64,000 nt of DNA from contig CAYQNU010000010.1 of assembly GCA_964419055.1 (NCBI GenBank), positions 16,202-80,201 of the forward strand, in the 5' to 3' direction. Source of the DNA: an uncultured Flavobacteriales bacterium. GTDB taxonomy: Bacteria > Bacteroidota > Bacteroidia > Flavobacteriales_D > Parvicellaceae. The translations under genes and the position numbers were made by a program. This document shows, piece after piece, positions 58,378 to 64,000 of the stretch (position 1 is the stretch's first letter; the number at the start of each line of letters is the position of its first letter). Below the pieces are notes generated by a model. That model did no database searches and was not told where the DNA came from. It saw only the letters and a program-made list of their open reading frames with translations.

Positions 58378-60753
58378 TTATCCTATTACATCTAATTTAG
58401 CGAATTTCAATAACAATTGTTTTTGACCTTCACTCGGGAAAAATACGGTGGCTTTACCATCTTCAATGCTTAATACTTTTCCTTTACCAAATCGTTCGTG
58501 AACTACTTCTGCACCTACAATTATTTTTGAAGTATCTATAGATCCAGCTGCATTTTGAACTGCGTTATTTAACTTTGTTAAATTCTTTGGAACTCCAAAC
58601 GGTTTAGATTTTGGCAATTCAGGCGTAGCTGGTTTTTTGAATTCTTGGGTTCGGTTTTTATAGCGATCTGCAAAATTTTGATCTCTAAAAGGACTTCCCA
58701 TGTTGGAATTAGACTGAGAACCACCCATCGTTTTGCCCCAAGGATTGCGCTCAAAATCATCAAAATCTTCGTTCATTCCAGGAGCCGAGCCCGTCATAGT
58801 CATGTCGAGGTATTTTTTATCTATCTCTTCAATAAAACGACTTGGTTCGCACGAATTTAATTGTCCAAACTGAAAACGACTTGTGGCATACGTCAACGTA
58901 CATTTTTTTTCAGCACGTGTTACCGCTACATAAAACAATCTTCTTTCTTCCTCTAACTCAGCTCTAGTATTAATCGACATTTGGGAAGGAAACAGATTCT
59001 CTTCCATTCCTACAATATAAATATAAGGAAACTCTAATCCTTTTGCTGCGTGAATGGTCATCAACGTCACTTTATCATTATCTTCGGGATTGTCATTATC
59101 AGCATCGGTCAATAAGGCTACATCAACCAAAAAGTCAGGTAACGTAATCAAAGTACCTTCCTCCTTACGTTCTTCACAAAATTCTTTAATACCATTCAAC
59201 AACTCTTGAATGTTTTCATATCTGCTTACTCCTTCGGGAGTTTTGTCCATATGCAATTCACGTACAATACCCGTCACTTTAGAAACCTCATCAGCCAATT
59301 CATAAGCATCCACTTGATTGATTTTTGTTCTAAAACTCTTTATCATCAATACAAACTGATTCAATTTCGTCAAAGTGCCTCCGTTTACATCGAGTTTATT
59401 TTCCAAAGGATTTTCCAACACTTCCCATATTGAAACCCCATTATTCGCAGCTGTTATGGTCAGCTTATCAATAGTCGTTTGCCCTATGCCTCTTTTAGGA
59501 AAATTGATGACTCTTTTAAACGCTTCTTCGTCATTGTGATTAGAAATCAATCTAAAATAACCCAACAAATCTTTTACCTCTTTGCGTTGGTAAAATGAAA
59601 GTCCACCGTATATTTTGTAGGGAATGTTTAATTTTCTCAATCCTTCCTCCATCGAACGAGACTGTCTGTTGGTACGGTACAAAATAGCAAAATCTTGATG
59701 TGTGGCTCTTAGGTTATTTTTATTTTCGATGATGTCATTCGCTACAAATTTCCCTTCTTCGTTATCTGAATAGGTTTTTACAACTTTAATAGCATCTCCT
59801 TCATCATTATTGGTCCAAACATCTTTTTTGATCTGATCTCTATTGTTGGCAATGATGCTATTGGCAGCATCCACAATAATTTTGGTGGAACGGTAATTTT
59901 GTTCCAATTTATACAAGGCATAATCGGGATAATCGCGCTTGAAATTTAAAATATTTTGAATATTGGCCCCTCTAAAGGCATATATACTTTGAGCATCATC
60001 ACCCACAACACATAAATTCAAAAAACGAGCTGCCAATCGTTTCACAATTAAATATTGTGAGTAGTTGGTATCTTGGTACTCATCTACTAAAATGTATCTA
60101 AATTTATCTTGATATTTTAACAAAACATCGGGATGATTTTTAAGCAATACGTTTGTTTTGAACAACAAATCATCAAAATCCATAGCGCTGGATTTGAACA
60201 ATCTCTTTTGATATTCTACATACAATTCACCTAATTTAGGTCTACCATTGGCTTTGTCTTCAAAAAGCAATTCTTCATTAGCCAAATAGGCTTGTGGTGA
60301 TATTAAATTATTTTTGGCAGATGAAATTCGTCCGTAAACAATGGGCGTTTTATACAATTTATCATCCAAGCCCATTTCTTTAACCAACGTAGTAATTAAA
60401 CTTTTAGAATCAGCAGTGTCGTAAATAGTAAAATCTCTCGGATAGCCTATTTTTTCTGCCTCAGAACGCAAAATACGAGCAAAAATGGAGTGAAAAGTAC
60501 CCATCCAAATATTCTTAGCTTCTTTGTCTCCAATCATCACTCCAATACGCTTTTTCATTTCTTGAGCCGCTTTATTGGTAAAGGTGAGTGCCAATATATT
60601 GAAAGCATCTACACCATTGTCGATTAAGTGTGCAATGCGGTAGGTAAGTACTTTAGTTTTGCCAGATCCTGCACCTGCAATAACCATCATTGGGCCTTCC
60701 AAATGAGCTGCTGCGGCACGTTGAGGTGGATTGAGTTCGTTTAAATATTCCAT
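58378..60753 (-). CDS. UvrD/PcrA/Rep-family ATP-dependent DNA helicase
   Basis: Motifs AGAGSGKT, VDEYQDTN and TIHAAKGLEF. Also has a low-complexity linker and a C-terminal Tudor-like segment (HERFGKGKVLSIEDG). Confidence 0.9.
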   Translation of the reverse strand: MEYLNELNPPQRAAAAHLEGPMMVIAGAGSGKTKVLTYRIAHLIDNGVDAFNILALTFTNKAAQEMKKRIGVMIGDKEAKNIWMGTFHSIFARILRSEAEKIGYPRDFTIYDTADSKSLITTLVKEMGLDDKLYKTPIVYGRISSAKNNLISPQAYLANEELLFEDKANGRPKLGELYVEYQKRLFKSSAMDFDDLLFKTNVLLKNHPDVLLKYQDKFRYILVDEYQDTNYSQYLIVKRLAARFLNLCVVGDDAQSIYAFRGANIQNILNFKRDYPDYALYKLEQNYRSTKIIVDAANSIIANNRDQIKKDVWTNNDEGDAIKVVKTYSDNEEGKFVANDIIENKNNLRATHQDFAILYRTNRQSRSMEEGLRKLNIPYKIYGGLSFYQRKEVKDLLGYFRLISNHNDEEAFKRVINFPKRGIGQTTIDKLTITAANNGVSIWEVLENPLENKLDVNGGTLTKLNQFVLMIKSFRTKINQVDAYELADEVSKVTGIVRELHMDKTPEGVSRYENIQELLNGIKEFCEERKEEGTLITLPDFLVDVALLTDADNDNPEDNDKVTLMTIHAAKGLEFPYIYIVGMEENLFPSQMSINTRAELEEERRLFYVAVTRAEKKCTLTYATSRFQFGQLNSCEPSRFIEEIDKKYLDMTMTGSAPGMNEDFDDFERNPWGKTMGGSQSNSNMGSPFRDQNFADRYKNRTQEFKKPATPELPKSKPFGVPKNLTKLNNAVQNAAGSIDTSKIIVGAEVVHERFGKGKVLSIEDGKATVFFPSEGQKQLLLKFAKLDVIG

Positions 60754-60859
60754 TCCTCAAAGATATTGAAAAGTAAAAAGCAAAATTGAATTATTGATTT
60801 GAAAATATATCAACAATACAGAAAGAGGGTGATTTAGAACAGCTAAAATACTATCAACA

Positions 60860-61162
60860 TTATCCTTTCATTGTATTCGGGTCTTGTCTTGTATCAAAAA
60901 TCTCAGTTATAAATACGTAATTATCTGATATCCTATATATTATTTTACAATCACCGTCTATCAATCTTCTATGATCTAAGTTTAGATGTTCTAAATACTC
61001 TTCTACAGCTCCAATGTATGGATTATCAATAAGCAAAGTTGTTTTAGATAGAATCGAATCAACTATTTCAATTTGTTTTTCTCTACTAACGCCTTGTAAG
61101 TCATAAAACTCTAATGTTTCCTCTAAAGAATGATAAAACTGTTCAGTATATTTTAAAATCAT
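60860..61162 (-). CDS. RelE/ParE-family type II toxin
   Basis: 100 aa. The C-terminal pattern HRRLIDGDCKIIYRISDNYVFITEIFDTRQDP is typical of ParE_toxin. Confidence 0.7.
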   Translation of the reverse strand: MILKYTEQFYHSLEETLEFYDLQGVSREKQIEIVDSILSKTTLLIDNPYIGAVEEYLEHLNLDHRRLIDGDCKIIYRISDNYVFITEIFDTRQDPNTMKG

Positions 61163-61392
61163 CGATTCAAAAACTTGTTGGTTTTCTCTTTTATTTCCTC
61201 TTGATTATAAACCCGTTCATTTTTAATATCTTCTTCGGATATTAACGCTCTTGAATTTAGTTTATCCTTTAAAGTAGTATTTAATTTTGTCTTGTTCAAC
61301 AATGTCTTTAAAGCCTCTAAAACATTAGCATCAACTTCCTGATCAATCAACTTTTTTAACTCAATTTTTATGTCTGTAGTCGCCATATTCAT
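61159..61392 (-). CDS. putative antitoxin partner
   Basis: 77-aa helical protein whose stop overlaps the toxin start by 4 bp. Confidence 0.55.
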   Translation of the reverse strand: MNMATTDIKIELKKLIDQEVDANVLEALKTLLNKTKLNTTLKDKLNSRALISEEDIKNERVYNQEEIKEKTNKFLNR

Positions 61393-61462
61393 TTATTTAA
61401 CATTCCTCAAAGCTAACGTATATTATTTTCTTTTGTTTCAGAATTTTAAAAAAAACTAAGTA

Positions 61463-62014
61463 CTAGTTTTCATATTTAGTTAATGTTTTGTCTTTTATTT
61501 CTTTTAAGAACTCATAATAAGGTCCGTCAGTTGTTCCAAACTCATCAAATGTGCTTTTAACGTCATTTCTGCTATATTCTAAAATTTCATTTTTTCTTGT
61601 TTTTAGCATTCCCTTCTTTTTATCATAGTCAGACATACAAGAAAATAAATTTTCAAATAATGGCTCAATCTTATCATATTCGGTAAATAACCTAAAATAT
61701 TGAATGTATGTCATTTCATATCGCGCTTTTCTATCAAAATCAACATATAAAAATATGCAAATACTCGTATCTGGATCTCCAAAAGAAGTTGGATAATTTG
61801 CAACTAATTTTTGTATCGAAATCACTTTATCGTTTCGGAAATTAGTTGTTATTACTGAACTATCAACATTAACAATTTCTTTTTCTTTTAATAAAGTGTC
61901 ACATACGCTATCATTTAAAATTTGTTGATTCTTTTTTGCATTTTCAGTTCTATTGGAACAACTTGAAATACATAAAAGAGCTATTACAAAATATAAGTAT
62001 GTGAATAATTTCAT
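61463..62014 (-). CDS. lipoprotein, hypothetical
   Basis: Lipobox ISSCSN; no motif recognised. Confidence 0.5.
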   Translation of the reverse strand: MKLFTYLYFVIALLCISSCSNRTENAKKNQQILNDSVCDTLLKEKEIVNVDSSVITTNFRNDKVISIQKLVANYPTSFGDPDTSICIFLYVDFDRKARYEMTYIQYFRLFTEYDKIEPLFENLFSCMSDYDKKKGMLKTRKNEILEYSRNDVKSTFDEFGTTDGPYYEFLKEIKDKTLTKYEN

Positions 62015-62027
62015 TTTACTATATTAT

Positions 62028-62702
62028 TTAAAAAACAGTATAAAGGGTCGTAACCACCATTCCTTTTCCGTCTTTTGGGACACTTGAGACGAGTGGTTGT
62101 TCTTCTTTAAATTTGAAATTAAATGGATGGTCTTTTAAACAGATACCACTTTGTTTTTTGAGACGTATTCCTTGTCCCGATAGAATATCAACGTTAGGCA
62201 CGAAATCTCCTTGAGGTAAATGTTCGGTAAGGATAACGTATTTATATTGGGTCAATTTCTCCACAATTCTTTGCACCTCTGCATTGGACAAATGTTGCAA
62301 TACTTGACGTAACAACACACAATCTGCAGCAGGCAATTCAGCATCTGCTATATCTAAACATTGAAATTCTAAATTTTCAGCTTTAAACGTTTTTTGGTTG
62401 TATTCAATTAGGTCAGCTACTATGTCAATGGCTACATATTTTTTGGTAAAAGGAACCAATTGTTTCCCAACATTAAAATCTCCACAACCCAAATCACAAA
62501 CCGTTAAGGGGGTTTTAAAAGAAGTCAGAAAAGACGTAACAGACTCAATGTATGGATTAACAATCTCTGGAAGATGCGAACCTTCGCCTGAATAAAAATC
62601 TACTGATTGACCACCCCACAATTTCTTTTCATAGATTTGATCCATCACCTGTTTTGTTGGCCATGGAGTTTTTAATTTTTGGAATTTATTATCGGTTGGC
62701 AT
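62028..62702 (-). CDS. class I SAM-dependent methyltransferase
   Basis: Motif I VCDLGCGDFNVG and an acidic post-I residue (AIDIV). Confidence 0.7.
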   Translation of the reverse strand: MPTDNKFQKLKTPWPTKQVMDQIYEKKLWGGQSVDFYSGEGSHLPEIVNPYIESVTSFLTSFKTPLTVCDLGCGDFNVGKQLVPFTKKYVAIDIVADLIEYNQKTFKAENLEFQCLDIADAELPAADCVLLRQVLQHLSNAEVQRIVEKLTQYKYVILTEHLPQGDFVPNVDILSGQGIRLKKQSGICLKDHPFNFKFKEEQPLVSSVPKDGKGMVVTTLYTVF

Positions 62703-62889
62703 TTTTTACCTTTTGAAAACTTTGTAATGAAATTTGAAATCAATTGAATAATTTTTTAAATCGCAAAGTCATAAAGAAGTTCAGATTAAATCTATTGAAC
62801 AACTTCTTATATTAATAGTTTATTCTTCTTAACCAAAATAACCCATCAACTAAATAACCTACCAACCAAATAACTGAACAACCTAACTC

Positions 62890-63819
62890 CTATTCCATAC
62901 TAGGTTTAGTCTCTTTGCTATCAAAAGATTGTTCCTTAACAAAACGAACCGCTAGCATCAACTCGTGAGTTCCTGAACTGTAGTTGCGTAAATTACTAGT
63001 AGTGAAATCATAGGAGTACCCAAATGATAAATTTTCTCTGTGCGTATAACCCATCATTAAGGAAGCGGCATCCATTGTGCGATAAGCACCTCCTAACCAC
63101 AATTGTTTTTTCCATGTTAAACGGAGCATAACATCCGCTTGAACAGGTGCAGGCTGCACATATTTAACAATTAAAGAAGGCTCCAATTGAAAGTCTTCTC
63201 CTAAGTCAAAACGATATCCACCATGCACGTAATAATGACTTGATAATTTGCTTCTACCTGTATTCAAAGCGTTGTCAAATTTTAACTTTGATTGAAGAAT
63301 GTTCGGTGCACTGGCTCCTACATACCATTTGTCGTGATACAAATACGTTCCAAAAGTAGCATCAGGAACCAAGGTTCGCATCACGCTATTCACCAATACT
63401 TGATCACCTGATGAATACAAAGTTACTTTATGAGCATCTAATTTCCACTCCAAAATACCTCCACTCAATGCCATAGAAAGATTTACTTCCTTGTTTATTT
63501 TGAAAATGTAAGAGTACGAAAACTGCAATCCCGTTCTTCTTGTTGGCCCTACGTGATCGGTAAATAAAAATCCTCCTAGTCCCATTTTTTTGTTTTTGGT
63601 TGGTCCATAAACGCTTAAAGTATAGGTACGAGGAGCATCTGTTAAACCTACCCATTGGTAGCGGTGGCTTGAACGAACATCAACATAATCGGCAGTACCT
63701 GCCAATGCAGGATTGTAGGCATATTCATTAAAAAAATACTGACTGTATATAGGTAATTGTTGGCTTTTACCTTCGGTGAAGATAATCGTCAATAGTAAAA
63801 GTATGATTAATTTTTTCAT
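62890..63819 (-). CDS. PorP/SprF-family T9SS membrane protein
   Basis: Signal peptide, then QLPIYSQYFFNEYAYNPALAG, the characteristic N-terminal motif. Beta-barrel-like length of ~300 aa. Confidence 0.8.
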   Translation of the reverse strand: MKKLIILLLLTIIFTEGKSQQLPIYSQYFFNEYAYNPALAGTADYVDVRSSHRYQWVGLTDAPRTYTLSVYGPTKNKKMGLGGFLFTDHVGPTRRTGLQFSYSYIFKINKEVNLSMALSGGILEWKLDAHKVTLYSSGDQVLVNSVMRTLVPDATFGTYLYHDKWYVGASAPNILQSKLKFDNALNTGRSKLSSHYYVHGGYRFDLGEDFQLEPSLIVKYVQPAPVQADVMLRLTWKKQLWLGGAYRTMDAASLMMGYTHRENLSFGYSYDFTTSNLRNYSSGTHELMLAVRFVKEQSFDSKETKPSME

Positions 63820-63841
63820 TATTGCAACTGGTTTAATTCGA

Positions 63842-64000
63842 TTATCTCATTATGGTAATTGGTCCTGAATAGGTATCTGGGAACAGCGGATCATTCAATT
63901 CGATAACATAATAATATGTTCCTACTGGTAATTCATTACCGTTATAGCTTCCATCCCATCGGGTACCGTAACCAACAGAATAAAATAATTGTACTCCCCA
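63842..64000 (-). CDS. C-terminal end of a T9SS type-B sorting domain (gliding-motility C-terminal domain) protein; 5' part outside window
   Basis: Hand translation of the minus strand gives WGVQLFYSVGYGTRWDGSYNGNELPVGTYYYVIELNDPLFPDTYSGPITIMR*. This is the CHU_C-type signature (WDG...G..LP.GTYYY). The ORF is below the length cut-off of the ORF track. Confidence 0.75.
   Translation of the reverse strand, partial: WGVQLFYSVGYGTRWDGSYNGNELPVGTYYYVIELNDPLFPDTYSGPITIMR

Noticed and set aside
1-64000. Prophage, ICE, transposon or defence island
   Set aside because: No integrase, transposase, relaxase, capsid or terminase gene was seen. No restriction-modification, Cas, reverse transcriptase or other hallmark ORF was recognised in any frame. 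Only a TA pair and one ATPase-nuclease gene look accessory.

Overview
AT-rich chromosomal window that looks like Bacteroidota, probably Flavobacteriales. Supporting signs are T9SS type-A and type-B C-terminal sorting domains, a PorP/SprF gene, CarboxypepD_reg-type TonB receptors, HisKA_2 kinases and one TAnnTTTG-like -7 box. Most of it is core housekeeping: gatB (3' part), pepD, mce, pdhB, polA, topA, uvrD/pcrA-like helicase, comEC, ftsE-like and slyD. These are interleaved with envelope, transport and signalling genes. One tRNA (anticodon CAT) is present. I saw no rRNA, CRISPR array, transposase, integrase or phage genes, and no recognisable multi-gene defence island, so I cannot name a clear-cut new system. 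The candidates most worth follow-up are listed here. (1) A heavy-metal RND operon in which the CzcA-type permease runs in frame into a TolC/CzcC-like outer-membrane factor (1435 aa). The junction resembles a 13th TM helix or an internal signal peptide. (2) A solitary AAA+/DUF4143-type ATPase-nuclease gene preceded by three 22-bp repeats at an exact 32-bp period, inside a repeat-rich non-coding islet. (3) About 400 bp of degenerate tRNA/terminator-derived repeats downstream of the tRNA-CAT gene. (4) An arginase-fold protein in which three of the six canonical Mn ligands appear substituted. (5) A 1367-aa TPR + 4xGAF + PP2C signalling protein with no partner genes nearby. Two families of dispersed intergenic repeats were also seen. 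All calls come from reading the sequence and ORF translations by eye; no searches were run.
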